Of a stretch of DNA of 64,000 nucleotides, positions 28,072-38,496 are shown in pieces; within the stretch, counting starts at the first letter, position 1; the number at the start of each line of letters is the position of its first letter. The notes under the pieces are model-generated. The model saw only the letters and a program-made list of their open reading frames with translations, made no database searches and was not told the origin of the DNA. Position numbers and translations under genes: made by a program. Source of the DNA: an uncultured Candidatus Saccharibacteria bacterium (GTDB taxonomy: Bacteria; Patescibacteriota; Minisyncoccia; Phycocordibacterales; UBA918); NCBI GenBank assembly GCA_964552045.1, contig CAZKFF010000002.1:3855-67854 (forward strand), in the 5' to 3' direction.

Positions 28072-28653
28072 ATGTCATACAAAACATACACAACAGAGGC
28101 TATCGTGTGCGGCAGCACGCACCACAACACCTCGGATAAGCATTATCTGCTGTTCTGTAGGGACGCCGGGATGGTATACGCAAGTGCGCGAAGCGTGCGG
28201 GAAGAACGGTCTAAACAGCGATACGCACTTCAGGATTTTTCACATGTTCGTATCTCACTGCTGAAAGGGAAGAACGGATGGCGCGTGGGGAGCGTCGAAT
28301 CCTTCGGCAATGCGTTTCTGCGCGCGGAGAACCGGGCGCAGCGGGGACACATCAATTTCCTCTTCAACCAGCTGCGCCGCTACGTGCATGGTGAAGTGCC
28401 CGTCCCCCGCGCATATGCGGACATGGAATGGATATTCGCACACCAGGGTGCACTGCAGCAGGAGGGTGTGCTCATACAGCAGCTGTTTGTGCTGCGGCTT
28501 CTTGCCGAACTCGGCTATATCGCATCCGAGGAAAGCTGGAAAAGCCTACTGACTGCACCGACAATACAGGAAGCCTGTTCAGCGTATGTACCGGCTATGG
28601 AGGGAGCCATTGCGCGTGTCATCAGATCCGCAGCGGAGGCAAGTCACTTATAA
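28072..28653 (+). CDS. recO: DNA repair protein RecO (short form)
   Basis: Start at MSYKTYTTEAIV five nt after the ileS stop; OB-fold N-terminus typical of RecO; the upstream ORF extension overlaps ileS. Confidence 0.6.
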   Translation: MSYKTYTTEAIVCGSTHHNTSDKHYLLFCRDAGMVYASARSVREERSKQRYALQDFSHVRISLLKGKNGWRVGSVESFGNAFLRAENRAQRGHINFLFNQLRRYVHGEVPVPRAYADMEWIFAHQGALQQEGVLIQQLFVLRLLAELGYIASEESWKSLLTAPTIQEACSAYVPAMEGAIARVIRSAAEASHL

Positions 28654-28673
28654 GTGCTATACTTAGAAGACGT

Positions 28674-30617
28674 ATGAGTGGGATCAAAGATCAGGAAAGA
28701 CTTGATGAGTTGCGACGACGCCTCTATGAGCGGGGCAATCCGAGTATCACCCGCAGTGAGCATCATCTGAGCGATGCGCAGGAGGATGCGCCGAAGTCAT
28801 GGGAACAGCCTCCGCAGCCGATGCACCACGCAGAGCCGGTTACACAGGAGCCGCACGCGAACACCATACCGCAAGAAGCTATGTCACCCCGAACACCAAA
28901 ACGCAGCTACCGCCTCAAGATCCTTTTCGCAGGCTTCGCTTTTTTCGTGCTTGCCATGGGTATATCGAGCATGTTCCTCGCGTTCGGCCGCAACAGCATT
29001 TCCGGTGAGAACATCACGATCTCAGCTTCCGGGCCGTTCACCATCGGCGGCGGAGAGGAGCTGCAGATGCAGGTCGGAATAACCAACGGCAACACGGTGC
29101 CTATCGAATCGGCAACGCTCATTGTCGAGTATCCGAACGGCACGCAGTCTGCAACCGAAGAGGGGAAGGAACTGTTTACTGAACGCCTGTCGCTCGACAC
29201 TATCAACCAGGGCGAGACGGTCAACATACCGCTGCGGGCGCGCGTCTTCGGAGAGGAGAATCAGGAAAAGATCGTCCGTGTATCGGTTGAATACCGCGTG
29301 CAGGGCTCGAACGCGACCTTCTTCAAGGAGGCCGATCCGCTCCGCTTCAAGATCAGCTCATCGCCAGTTATCGTACGTGCTGATACGCTCAAGAAGATTT
29401 CGTCCGGGCAGGATACCGATGTGGAGCTTACGATCCTCTCAAATTCGCCGAGCCCGCTCTCGCAGGTGCTCGTCAAAGCAGAGTACCCGACAGGATTTGA
29501 TTTCACCAAGGCTGACCCTGCTCCGACGTACGGGCAGAACATGTGGCTCATTGAAGATCTGGAGCCCGAAGGCGAAAAGACCATAACCGTGACCGGTATT
29601 GTCGTCGGCAAGGAGACCGATGAGTATGCGATCAACTTCACGGTCGGCGTTCCCAATGAGCGCGACGAGCAGACGCTCGCCTCCATTTTTGCAACAGCGC
29701 AGACCCAGTTCGAGATAGAGCAGCCGTTTTTGGATATCGACATGTCCATTGAAGGGTCAACCGATGAGGAGTTCGCTGCGCAGCCGGGCACCCGGTCAAA
29801 TGTGCTTGTTGAATTCACCAACACGCTCGAGGATCCGCTCTACGACGTTGAGATCGAGGTGCAGTTAAGCGGCAACGCATTCTCTATCCGCGACGTCGGT
29901 CCGTCATCGGGTTATTTTGACCCGTCGAAGAATACTATCGTGTGGGATGTCTCCAACACCCCGGAACTGCGTGAAGTGAATCCCGGCCAGACAAAGAGTC
30001 TTTCGTTCAGCGTCGATCCGTCTTCGAACGTTAGCCGGACGCCGCAGATAAATATTGATGTGAACGCTGAAGCCCGGCGCGTGTCTGAAAGCCAGGTCGC
30101 GGAACACCTGGTTGGCACCGCGTCGCGCGTGATAAAGATCGTCACTGCACCGTCGCTTGACGCTGAGATAACCCACGGCAATGGCGTATTTGTCGACAGC
30201 GGTCCAATACCGCCTGTGGTGGATACAGAGACCAGCTACACGGTCACACTCATCGTGGAAAATGGCTCCAATGAAATAACCGATGCGATCGTGACCACGA
30301 GCCTGCCACAGTATGTCAGCTGGCTTGATGAGACGGCGGGAACCGGCGAGATAAGCTACAATCCCACCACGCGCGCTGTTGAATGGGCCGCAGGGGATGT
30401 CGACGCAAACGGCGAGGCCGTTGCTTCGTTTCAGGTGTCATTTTTGCCCCGTGCATTGCAGGTGGGGACAACGCCGATACTTATAAGCGAACAGCGTGTT
30501 CGGGCGCTTGACCGGTTTACTGATAGTGTCGTCCGGGCAAGCAATGTGCCGCTTACAGCCACGCTTGAGGACGAAGAGGAGGGCTCCGGAGAGGTACGTG
30601 CAGAACTGGGGGATTAG
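28674..30617 (+). CDS. Large membrane-anchored surface protein with repeated beta-sandwich-like domains
   Basis: Start at MSGIKDQ (in frame, after the recO stop); cytoplasmic N-terminus, one TM helix, ~520-aa Thr/Ser/Glu-rich extracellular region. Confidence 0.65.
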   Translation: MSGIKDQERLDELRRRLYERGNPSITRSEHHLSDAQEDAPKSWEQPPQPMHHAEPVTQEPHANTIPQEAMSPRTPKRSYRLKILFAGFAFFVLAMGISSMFLAFGRNSISGENITISASGPFTIGGGEELQMQVGITNGNTVPIESATLIVEYPNGTQSATEEGKELFTERLSLDTINQGETVNIPLRARVFGEENQEKIVRVSVEYRVQGSNATFFKEADPLRFKISSSPVIVRADTLKKISSGQDTDVELTILSNSPSPLSQVLVKAEYPTGFDFTKADPAPTYGQNMWLIEDLEPEGEKTITVTGIVVGKETDEYAINFTVGVPNERDEQTLASIFATAQTQFEIEQPFLDIDMSIEGSTDEEFAAQPGTRSNVLVEFTNTLEDPLYDVEIEVQLSGNAFSIRDVGPSSGYFDPSKNTIVWDVSNTPELREVNPGQTKSLSFSVDPSSNVSRTPQINIDVNAEARRVSESQVAEHLVGTASRVIKIVTAPSLDAEITHGNGVFVDSGPIPPVVDTETSYTVTLIVENGSNEITDAIVTTSLPQYVSWLDETAGTGEISYNPTTRAVEWAAGDVDANGEAVASFQVSFLPRALQVGTTPILISEQRVRALDRFTDSVVRASNVPLTATLEDEEEGSGEVRAELGD

Positions 30618-30635
30618 TGATACTGTACAGCTACT

Positions 30636-32006
30636 ATGGCTGAAACGGACAACACAATGGAGAAGGTTGTGGCCTTGTGCAAGCGCCGCGGCTTCGTCTA
30701 TCAGGGCTCGGAGATCTACGGCGGCCTCGCCGGAACCTGGGATTACGGGCCGTTGGGAGTGGCTTTGAACAACAATATCAAGCGGGAGTGGTGGAAGATG
30801 TTCGTTGAGGACCGCGAAGACATGTACGGTCTCGACGCTGCCATCATCATGAATGCCAGGGTGTGGCAGGCATCGGGACACACAGGTGCCGGATTTGCCG
30901 ATCCCTTGGTTGAAGACCTGGAGACCAAAGAGCGCTACCGCGCCGACCATTTGTTGAAGGACAACGGTATTGATGCAGACGGACTTTCGCTTGAAGAGAT
31001 CACTGCGCTCATCAAAGAAAAGGGGATCACAAGCCCCAAGGGCAACGCACTCTCCGAAGCGCGCCAGTTCAACCTGATGTTCACCACGCAGATAGGCGCA
31101 ACCTCCGGAGAAGAGGGGAAGGTCTATCTTCGCCCGGAGACTGCCCAGGGTATTTTTGCGAACTTCAAGAACGTGCTCGATTCGATGCACCCGAAGATGC
31201 CGTTCGGCATTGCCCAGATCGGCAAGGCGTTCCGCAATGAGATAGCCCCGCGTGAATTCCTCTTCCGTGTCCGCGAGTTCGAGCAGATGGAGATCGAATA
31301 TTTCATCAGGCAGGAAGAATGGGAATCATTGTTTGAAGTATGGAGAGAGAACATCTGGAAGTGGTTCGACCACCTTGGGCTCTCCCGCAGCAATGTGCAG
31401 GAGTACGAGGTGCCGAAGAACGATCTGGCGCACTACTCGAAGCGCACCATTGATTTTGAATATAATTTCCCTGGCAAGGGTTTCGATGAGCTCGCCGGTT
31501 TTGCCTACCGGACCGATCATGATCTGCGCAGTCACATGGAGGCAAGCGGCATTGATCTGCGCTATACAGAGGCCGATGGACAGAAGTTCATCCCGCACGT
31601 GCTTGAGCCATCATTCGGCGTCGGCAGGGCGATCACTGCGGTTTTGTGCGAAGCGTATACTGAAGATGAGATGGGTGGAGAAGTGCGCAGCTACCTCCGC
31701 CTTCCGAAATATCTCGCCCCGTACCGGGTGATGGTGTCGCCGCTTCTGAAGAACAAACCCGAACTGGTGGAGAAAGCACGGGAAGTGTTCAGACTGTTGA
31801 AGCAAAGCATTCCGAATGTCGCGTGGGATGATAACGGCAACGTCGGCAAGCGCTACCGCCGTCAGGACGAGATCGGCACGCCGCACTGCGTCACTATAGA
31901 CTTTGAAACACTTGAGGGAGACACTACCGATACGGTGACGGTGCGCAACCGCGATACCGGGGAACAGACGCGCGTTGCCATCGCCCAGTTGACCAACGTG
32001 TTGTGA
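30636..32006 (+). CDS. glyQS: Glycine--tRNA ligase (homodimeric alpha2 type)
   Basis: 456 aa; class II motifs and N-terminus MAETDNTMEKVVALCKRRGFVYQGSEIYGG. Confidence 0.95.
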   Translation: MAETDNTMEKVVALCKRRGFVYQGSEIYGGLAGTWDYGPLGVALNNNIKREWWKMFVEDREDMYGLDAAIIMNARVWQASGHTGAGFADPLVEDLETKERYRADHLLKDNGIDADGLSLEEITALIKEKGITSPKGNALSEARQFNLMFTTQIGATSGEEGKVYLRPETAQGIFANFKNVLDSMHPKMPFGIAQIGKAFRNEIAPREFLFRVREFEQMEIEYFIRQEEWESLFEVWRENIWKWFDHLGLSRSNVQEYEVPKNDLAHYSKRTIDFEYNFPGKGFDELAGFAYRTDHDLRSHMEASGIDLRYTEADGQKFIPHVLEPSFGVGRAITAVLCEAYTEDEMGGEVRSYLRLPKYLAPYRVMVSPLLKNKPELVEKAREVFRLLKQSIPNVAWDDNGNVGKRYRRQDEIGTPHCVTIDFETLEGDTTDTVTVRNRDTGEQTRVAIAQLTNVL

Positions 32007-32051
32007 TCTGGCACGCTTCTTGCGGACTGCACGATACATGAGGAGGTGAGT

Positions 32052-32360
32052 ATGGCAGAGCTAGCAGACCGGCGATATTATTTCGCCAATACGGTGGCTG
32101 CCGTTATCCTGCAGCTTGGCGTTCCGGAGAGGGTCAGACCCAGACGGAAAGAATATTTCGCTGATCCGGAACATATCGCCTGGATGGCGATAAAGGTCGC
32201 ACGCATGGATGTCCATACACGGCAGGAATCCGTGGAAGCGTCCGCCTGGGTCCGCAGGATCAGGCAGGCGATGGAACATGCAGGATACTGGAGCGTACAG
32301 CGCAGTGCGATGCTGTATGAGCTCGACAGAGCGCAGCACTTCCACCTTCCGGTGGCGTGA
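32052..32360 (+). CDS. Hypothetical small protein
   Basis: GGAGG SD before ATG 32052; no family assignment. Confidence 0.45.
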   Translation: MAELADRRYYFANTVAAVILQLGVPERVRPRRKEYFADPEHIAWMAIKVARMDVHTRQESVEASAWVRRIRQAMEHAGYWSVQRSAMLYELDRAQHFHLPVA

Positions 32361-32370
32361 CTGCTCAACA

Positions 32371-32397
32371 GGGGCGCGCTTATGCGCCCCTTTTTGT
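32371..32397 (+). terminator. Intrinsic terminator
   Basis: ggggcgcgc ttat gcgcccc followed by TTTTT. Confidence 0.75.
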
Positions 32398-32460
32398 TGA
32401 CAAAGCAGAGCTACAGGCACATCCTTAAAGATAAGGGACCACACACGAGAGGAGGCTCTC

Positions 32461-32889
32461 ATGACGTACACGAAAATAGTGCCCTTGCGGCAGACGCACT
32501 CGCTCAATGCTCTGGTGCTCTATACGCCGCTCGATCGTCTCGCTCCGCTGCTTGATCCGGAGGACATACCGGAAGTGCGGCAGGACATCGAAGAACGGAA
32601 GTGCCGCCCCACTTTCGCCGATCCCCGTCTGACAGTATTGCCGCTGTCGGAGATCTACGAACTGGGCACGCTCCGCAACATGGTGAATGCGCACGTGTTC
32701 GCGCTGCAATCCGGCCTTCTGGACCAGGTATGGTTCTACGGCGGAGGGGTGAGCGAATACATGAAGCTTATCGCCAATAACGCCCTGCATCGGTCAACCA
32801 TCGTCTGCTTCGCTCCGAGGGAGTCCCCGCAGAAGAAGCTGCTCTACGAAATGACATCAACAGGCACGTTAGCAACGGTGCGGGGGTAA
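32461..32889 (+). CDS. Hypothetical protein
   Basis: GAGGAGG SD before ATG; 142 aa; no family assignment. Confidence 0.45.
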   Translation: MTYTKIVPLRQTHSLNALVLYTPLDRLAPLLDPEDIPEVRQDIEERKCRPTFADPRLTVLPLSEIYELGTLRNMVNAHVFALQSGLLDQVWFYGGGVSEYMKLIANNALHRSTIVCFAPRESPQKKLLYEMTSTGTLATVRG

Positions 32890-32912
32890 GCGTCACCCCC
32901 CGCTTTTTTTTA
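32880..32912 (+). terminator. Intrinsic terminator (stop codon lies in the hairpin loop)
   Basis: gcggggg taagcgtcac cccccgc followed by T8. Confidence 0.75.
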
Positions 32913-32940
32913 TGCAAAAAAATGCTACTGTAGGCTCTAT

Positions 32941-34380
32941 ATGCAGAAAAACGAAGGAAATGGGCGCTATATAACCACGACCTTGCCGTATGTGAACGCA
33001 GACCCGCACATCGGTTTCGCCGCTGAGATCCTCGCTGCGGACGCGCTTGCCCGGCACTGGCGCCTGTTTGGTCATGAGGTTTTTTTCAATACGGGGACGG
33101 ACGAACACGGACAGAAGATCGCAGGCAAAGCTGATGAGAAAGGCCAAAGCAGGCAGGAATATGTGGATTATTACGCAGGAGAATTCGCCAAGCTCAAGGA
33201 CGTGCTCGGGTTGTCATACGACAACTTCATTCGCACGACCAATGAGGATCACAAAAAAGCTGCGCAGGAACTGTGGCGACGCTGTGCAGAGCGGGGCGAT
33301 ATATACAAGAAGAAGTACAAAGGCCTCTACTGCGTCGGCGACGAGATGTTCATGAAGGAATCAGAGCTGGTGAATGGCCGCTGTCCCAATCACCCGAATC
33401 TCGAATTACAGGAGATCGAGGAGGAGAACTATTTCTTCAGACTTTCGAACTATCAGGAGTATCTTGAAGCATATCTGTCGCGCGAAGGGGTCATTGTGCC
33501 GGAGTGGCGCAGGCAGGAAGCACTCAACTTCGTGAAAGCGGGCTTGGAGGATTTCAGCATTTCCCGGGAGAAGTCGCGCCTCAATTGGGGGGTTGCGGTC
33601 CCGAATGATGAGAATCAGGTAATGTACGTGTGGTTCGATGCGCTCACCAACTACATCTCTACGCTCGGCTGGCCGGAAGACAGCAGCGGCACGTTCAAGA
33701 AATTCTGGGAGGACGGGAAGACGCTCCAGCTTGCCGGCAAGGATCAGGTACGCTTCCAGTCGATCATGTGGCAGGCGATGCTTAAGTCTGCAGGCGTGCC
33801 GGCAACCGACACGGTCATGTACCACGGCTTTATTACCGTCGGCGGACAGAAGATGAGCAAGTCGCTCGGCAATGTGCTCAATCCGCACGATCTGGTGGCA
33901 AAATACGGCACCGAGGCGACCCGATACCTGCTGCTGCGGCATATCCATCCGTTCGATGATTCCGATGTCACCTGGGAGAAGCTCGATGAGTGGTACACTG
34001 CCAATCTGGTCAATGGGCTCGGCAACCTTGTCGCCCGGGTGATGAAGATGGCAGAAACGCACCTGCCTGCACCAGTTACCTTTGATACACTGAGCTTTGA
34101 TGAGGAGACTGTCGGCGAAATATTCAATATCCATACCCGCATGGAATATATCTGGACACAGATCAGCGTGCTCGATGAGTGGATCACAACCGATGAGCCG
34201 TTCAGACTGGTGAAGACAAACCCGCAAAAGGCGCGTCGCATCATTGAGGGGATGGTGAAAAAACTTGCGGTGGTCGGTCAGCTGCTTGAACCGTTCATGC
34301 CGGAGACCTCTGCGGCGATGTATGCCGCAGTCACGCAGAACAAAAAACCCGAAAACCTCTTTAATCGCCTTGAAAACTGA
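32941..34380 (+). CDS. metG: Methionine--tRNA ligase (short form without C-terminal tRNA-binding domain)
   Basis: 479 aa; HIGH-region PYVNADPHIGFA, KMSKS (KMSKSLGN), anticodon-binding helical domain. Confidence 0.95.
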   Translation: MQKNEGNGRYITTTLPYVNADPHIGFAAEILAADALARHWRLFGHEVFFNTGTDEHGQKIAGKADEKGQSRQEYVDYYAGEFAKLKDVLGLSYDNFIRTTNEDHKKAAQELWRRCAERGDIYKKKYKGLYCVGDEMFMKESELVNGRCPNHPNLELQEIEEENYFFRLSNYQEYLEAYLSREGVIVPEWRRQEALNFVKAGLEDFSISREKSRLNWGVAVPNDENQVMYVWFDALTNYISTLGWPEDSSGTFKKFWEDGKTLQLAGKDQVRFQSIMWQAMLKSAGVPATDTVMYHGFITVGGQKMSKSLGNVLNPHDLVAKYGTEATRYLLLRHIHPFDDSDVTWEKLDEWYTANLVNGLGNLVARVMKMAETHLPAPVTFDTLSFDEETVGEIFNIHTRMEYIWTQISVLDEWITTDEPFRLVKTNPQKARRIIEGMVKKLAVVGQLLEPFMPETSAAMYAAVTQNKKPENLFNRLEN

Positions 34381-34381
34381 T

Positions 34382-34633
34382 ATGCAAAATATTGAAGACA
34401 TCCTCAAGCGAAACGCGCGCGTTGAAGCCGATAAAGCCTGGGAAACAAGCTATACACGCCGGGCGATCATCGCGTGCATCACCTACCTTACGGCAGTTAC
34501 CTTTCTGAAGATTATCGGTAATGATGCCCCGCTCATCAATGCGTTTGTGCCGGTCGGAGGTTACCTGCTCTCCACGCTTTCGCTGCCGTTTGTAAAGAAG
34601 ATCTGGATACAGCGCCGCACGTCAGATGAATAG
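34382..34633 (+). CDS. Small 2-TM membrane protein (hypothetical)
   Basis: 84 aa starting 2 nt after the metG stop; overlaps the tatD start by 8 nt. Confidence 0.45.
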   Translation: MQNIEDILKRNARVEADKAWETSYTRRAIIACITYLTAVTFLKIIGNDAPLINAFVPVGGYLLSTLSLPFVKKIWIQRRTSDE

Positions 34634-35486
34634 CATTACACACATTGACATTCATGCACACCTCAATCTCTCCGCGTTCAATGATGATCGGGAAGAGGTG
34701 TTGACGCGTACGCGCGAAGCGGGCGTTGCGCACATCAACATCGGTACCAAGGAATCCACGAGCAAAAAAGCGGTTGAGATCGCAGACGCGCACGAGGATG
34801 TGTACGCGATCGTCGGACTGCATCCCATCCAGACAACGCCGCAGGAACACGATGAGGAAGAGATAGGCGAGGGGGGCACGGCATTCGCATCGAAGGGCGA
34901 GATTTTCAATGCAGACTTCTACCGCGAACTGTGCACAAGCCCGAAGGTGGTCGGCATCGGCGAATGCGGACTCGATTATTACCGCAACGATCCCGCAACG
35001 CGGGAGGTGCAGGAGGCACAGTTTATTGCGCAGATCGAGTTTGCCAATGAACTCGCATTGCCGCTTATGATCCATACGCGCGATGCGAAAGGGAATCAGG
35101 CGAGCGCAGCTTCAGCAACGAATGTCTACGACGACACCTACGCGTTGCTGAAGCAGTATGCGAAAGTGCCGGGCAATATCCATTTTTACGCAGGTACGTA
35201 CGAGCAGGCGAAGCGATTTTTCGATATTGGCTTCACGATTTCGTTCACGGGGGTCATCACATTTGCAACAGATTACGAGGAGGTGGTGCGCAATGCACCC
35301 TTGGACCTGATCCATGCAGAAACCGACTGCCCGTACGTTGCGCCGGTGCCGCATCGCGGCACGCGCAATGAACCGGCGCATGTGCGGGAGGTATACCAGA
35401 AGATCGCAGCGATCAAAGGAGAGGATGAGGAGAAAGTCCGTTTACAACTGCTCGAGAATGCGCAAAACTTATTTAAAGTTTTTTGA
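34626..35486 (+). CDS. tatD: TatD-family metal-dependent hydrolase/DNase
   Basis: DIHAHLN N-terminal motif and TIM-barrel His/Asp/Glu pattern (IHTRDA, ETDCPY). Confidence 0.9.
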   Translation: MNSITHIDIHAHLNLSAFNDDREEVLTRTREAGVAHINIGTKESTSKKAVEIADAHEDVYAIVGLHPIQTTPQEHDEEEIGEGGTAFASKGEIFNADFYRELCTSPKVVGIGECGLDYYRNDPATREVQEAQFIAQIEFANELALPLMIHTRDAKGNQASAASATNVYDDTYALLKQYAKVPGNIHFYAGTYEQAKRFFDIGFTISFTGVITFATDYEEVVRNAPLDLIHAETDCPYVAPVPHRGTRNEPAHVREVYQKIAAIKGEDEEKVRLQLLENAQNLFKVF

Positions 35487-36538
35487 ACATGAGAAAGCAG
35501 CGCCCCATCGTCATTCTGTGCCTGTGTGCCATTCTGCTTCTGACACTTTCCATCGCGGTGCAGCTATCCTTCATCATCGGCACTCAGGCAGACGCAATGG
35601 CAGTATCCCCGCCCGATATGTCGGGTCCGGAACAGATACAAAGGGAAGTGGAATACGCGCAGACGCTCGGAGTTCCCGAACTCGTTGCCTATTTCAAGCA
35701 TATAAGCGCTGCGCGCGGTGCTGTGTATGCCTATGAGATATTGCGACAGATACCGCCTTCGGACTTGGATCCATATAAACATCTCTTCGGGCACGTTATC
35801 GGAGATGAGCTGTTCAATGAGCAGAACATCCAGGGATTGGAGGTCTGTACATCTGAGTTTTCATTCGCGTGTTATCACAGCCTGATATCACGGGCAATCT
35901 TTGAACAGGGATTGGAAAACATAGCTGAGATAAATAAGCGGTGCCTGCAGCTCGAAGATTCCGGCGGATGCCGACATGGTATTGGCCACGGCATTATGGC
36001 GGCTCTGGGGTACGAAGACCCGGTAGCGGCAGTTGCTGTCTGTGCGACGCTCGCAAAATACGGGACTACGCGCGCCTGCGTCGAGGGGGTCATTATGGAA
36101 TTTAATTTCCATCAGCTCGAGGAAATGGCGCCGTCGTCGTTCCGTCAGGTGGATGAACGGGGCTATTACTACCCCTGTACTGAAATATCCGAAAAATATA
36201 AAAACGAGTGTTTTTTCGAGCAGACACTCTGGTGGCGTGAAGTATTGGGAAAGACCAGTTATCCTGCGATCGGAGCATTGTGCGATGCAATCAAAAACGA
36301 TGAGCATAAGGTGTGGTGTTACCGGGGGATCGGACGTCTCATACCTGAGTTTTCGAGCGATCCCATCGAGACCATGGCAGCACAATGTATCGGGTCGACG
36401 TCTGCTGTAGACGGTCAGGCGTTATGCATGCAGGCATTGCGGGACAGGACTAAAAATGACGGCTCGATATGCAGTCTGTTGCCACGCGGATACCAGAGCA
36501 CCTGCAGTTCGCCGATACCGCTCCTTGTCATCGAATAG
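35483..36538 (+). CDS. Secreted or membrane-anchored cysteine-rich hypothetical protein
   Basis: N-terminal TM/signal segment; ~18 Cys residues; no family assignment. Confidence 0.55.
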   Translation: MNMRKQRPIVILCLCAILLLTLSIAVQLSFIIGTQADAMAVSPPDMSGPEQIQREVEYAQTLGVPELVAYFKHISAARGAVYAYEILRQIPPSDLDPYKHLFGHVIGDELFNEQNIQGLEVCTSEFSFACYHSLISRAIFEQGLENIAEINKRCLQLEDSGGCRHGIGHGIMAALGYEDPVAAVAVCATLAKYGTTRACVEGVIMEFNFHQLEEMAPSSFRQVDERGYYYPCTEISEKYKNECFFEQTLWWREVLGKTSYPAIGALCDAIKNDEHKVWCYRGIGRLIPEFSSDPIETMAAQCIGSTSAVDGQALCMQALRDRTKNDGSICSLLPRGYQSTCSSPIPLLVIE

Positions 36539-36618
36539 CGGGCCGCACAGTGCTTCAGTGCATAACTGCGCCGGTGTCCGCTGCCAAACGGGGTATCCTA
36601 AAGGAAGAGGAGGAAAAG

Positions 36619-36846
36619 ATGAATGCACGAGTACAGCTCCATGATGGAGTGGAAGTGTGCGGACTCTTCGGTTCAGAGCACATCTGTGTCCGTCCGCCCA
36701 ATCACTGGGGTCCGCATGTGATCAGACTCCCGGATGGGAGCTTCCAACTGCACCAGACCGTCTGTTCGCCCATTTCGTTCGAGATCGCTCAAAAAGTCGC
36801 TGAGCATGCGATGAACGATCCCGATTGGACGTGGGGTGCGGATTAA
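36619..36846 (+). CDS. Hypothetical small protein (75 aa)
   Basis: Strong AGGAGGAAAAG SD before ATG 36619. Confidence 0.5.
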   Translation: MNARVQLHDGVEVCGLFGSEHICVRPPNHWGPHVIRLPDGSFQLHQTVCSPISFEIAQKVAEHAMNDPDWTWGAD

Positions 36847-36849
36847 GAC

Positions 36850-36880
36850 AAACCCGCGGCGGATCGCCGCGGGTTTCTTG
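36850..36880. terminator. Bidirectional terminator hairpin between convergent genes
   Basis: aaacccgcggcg gat cgccgcgggttt. Confidence 0.7.
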
Positions 36881-37837
36881 TCAGTCAAATATCTTGATGA
36901 GGTAGGTGTCGATCTTCCGCTGGTCCCAGTCGTAGAAATACGCGCCGTCCTCATGCAGGTCCTCGGCGAGATCCTCACCCACGAACCGCCAGTGCCATGG
37001 CTCATATACGTAATACGCGTTCTCCTTTGGGTAAGAGAGCGTAAAGCCGTACTTGTATGCGTGATCCCGCAGCCACGCGAAGGCGGGGGTATCTTCAAAG
37101 GCGGTGACGAGACCGCCACCAATGCCTTCAGTGGTGAAGTCGAGTGTGGTGCCGAGCTGGTGTTCTGAATATCCCTGGTCTGCGGAGAATGCATTCGCAC
37201 CCGAACCATAGCTCACCGTGTAGCTGCCCTTGAGATACGCCTGTTCATAGAACGAGCGATATGAGGAGACCACCCAGATCTTCACCCCGTCTTCAAGCGC
37301 ATCCTCGAGCATATCGTTCAGATACGGTTCGACTTTTGCGTGCACCGATTTTGAAGCATTTTCATTGTAGAGGTATTTTTTCTCAATATCGGCGAGCTTC
37401 TCAGGAACATAGTGCTCATTGAGGAAATACACCTTCGAATACTTTTGGAGCAGTTCCTCGTCGGTTTTTGAGAGCTTGTCGAGATCGCTCACCGTCCCCG
37501 CTATGTCCTCGATCTGGTCTTCGAACTCCTCATTGCGGTTCTTTTCGCGGCGGTAATCGTCTTCGAGCTCATCAAGCTCCTCAGAGGTCAGTGAAAGCTG
37601 CTCTGCGAGCGCAGCTATGGTCGAACTTGCAATGGAGAGTTCCTGCGTGGTTGAGGCGTGCTGTACCAAGAGGGCATTCTTTTCCTCCGTGAGCGCGGCA
37701 ATGGTCCTCTGATGCTCCGCTATCTGCATGCCCATGGCTGCGGTCTTGAAAGCCAGGAAGCCTCCGCCGAGAAGCGAAAGCGCGAGAGCAGAGAACACCG
37801 TGTATTTGATGATGCGGGAACGAGAAGAAACTGCCAT
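36881..37837 (-). CDS. Membrane-anchored D-alanyl-D-alanine carboxypeptidase (M15B/VanY-like)
   Basis: SYRSFYEQ, SEHQLGTTLD and EPWHWRFVG zinc-peptidase motifs; N-terminal TM helix and coiled coil. Confidence 0.8.
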   Translation of the reverse strand: MAVSSRSRIIKYTVFSALALSLLGGGFLAFKTAAMGMQIAEHQRTIAALTEEKNALLVQHASTTQELSIASSTIAALAEQLSLTSEELDELEDDYRREKNRNEEFEDQIEDIAGTVSDLDKLSKTDEELLQKYSKVYFLNEHYVPEKLADIEKKYLYNENASKSVHAKVEPYLNDMLEDALEDGVKIWVVSSYRSFYEQAYLKGSYTVSYGSGANAFSADQGYSEHQLGTTLDFTTEGIGGGLVTAFEDTPAFAWLRDHAYKYGFTLSYPKENAYYVYEPWHWRFVGEDLAEDLHEDGAYFYDWDQRKIDTYLIKIFD

Positions 37838-37939
37838 GTCCGGGCCATTGTACCATTATTTGCGGAGTCTGCATTTCTATTGTAAGAAGCGGGTTTCTGT
37901 GGTAGTTTAGCGGGGTTATCAGGTTAAAGACACATAGAC

Positions 37940-38479
37940 ATGTCCGAGACACACATGCCGGCAGCCGAAGCAAGCGAAGCGTTGCTCGAGATAGAAAAAC
38001 AGAGCTACGAACTTGCTTTCCACATACTTCCAACGGTTGCTGAAGGGGAAGTGCAGGGTGTATTTGAGGCGATCAAATCACTCATTACTAAAGAGGGCGG
38101 AGACATCACAGACGAGGAAAAGCCGCAGCGGTTCGAACTCGCGTACGAGATCGTCAAGCACCTTGAGGGCAAGAACCGGAAGTTCGCAAGCGCGTACTTC
38201 GGCTGGGTACGCTTCAAGATGCCGTCAACGGCAGTGGTCACGCTGCTTGAAGAGGTTGATGCCCGCCCTGACGTTCTTCGTCATCTGCTCATCAAGCTCA
38301 CGAAGGTTGAGGAGGAGAATCCGTTCCGATTCCACGATGCGCTTGAGAGCTTCAAGATGGTGACCACCATCGACGAGGCGGACCTTGCGCAGGACGCAGC
38401 TGCTCCAACTGAAGGAGAGGCGGCACAGGAGCCTGCCGAAGAAGCTGAAGCAGACAAAGCAGAAAAAAGCGATATCTAA
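37940..38479 (+). CDS. rpsF: 30S ribosomal protein S6 with acidic C-terminal extension
   Basis: S6 core (YELAFHILP...) in the rpsF-ssb-rpsR arrangement; N-terminal start uncertain by ~15 codons. Confidence 0.75.
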   Translation: MSETHMPAAEASEALLEIEKQSYELAFHILPTVAEGEVQGVFEAIKSLITKEGGDITDEEKPQRFELAYEIVKHLEGKNRKFASAYFGWVRFKMPSTAVVTLLEEVDARPDVLRHLLIKLTKVEEENPFRFHDALESFKMVTTIDEADLAQDAAAPTEGEAAQEPAEEAEADKAEKSDI

Positions 38480-38496
38480 TAACTTAAGAAAATCGT

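Noticed and set aside
28428-28673. Upstream 82-codon extension of the surface-protein ORF overlapping recO
   Set aside because: It is out of frame with and overlapping recO; the in-frame ATG at 28674 after the recO stop, followed by a coherent cytoplasmic-TM-extracellular topology, is the more plausible start
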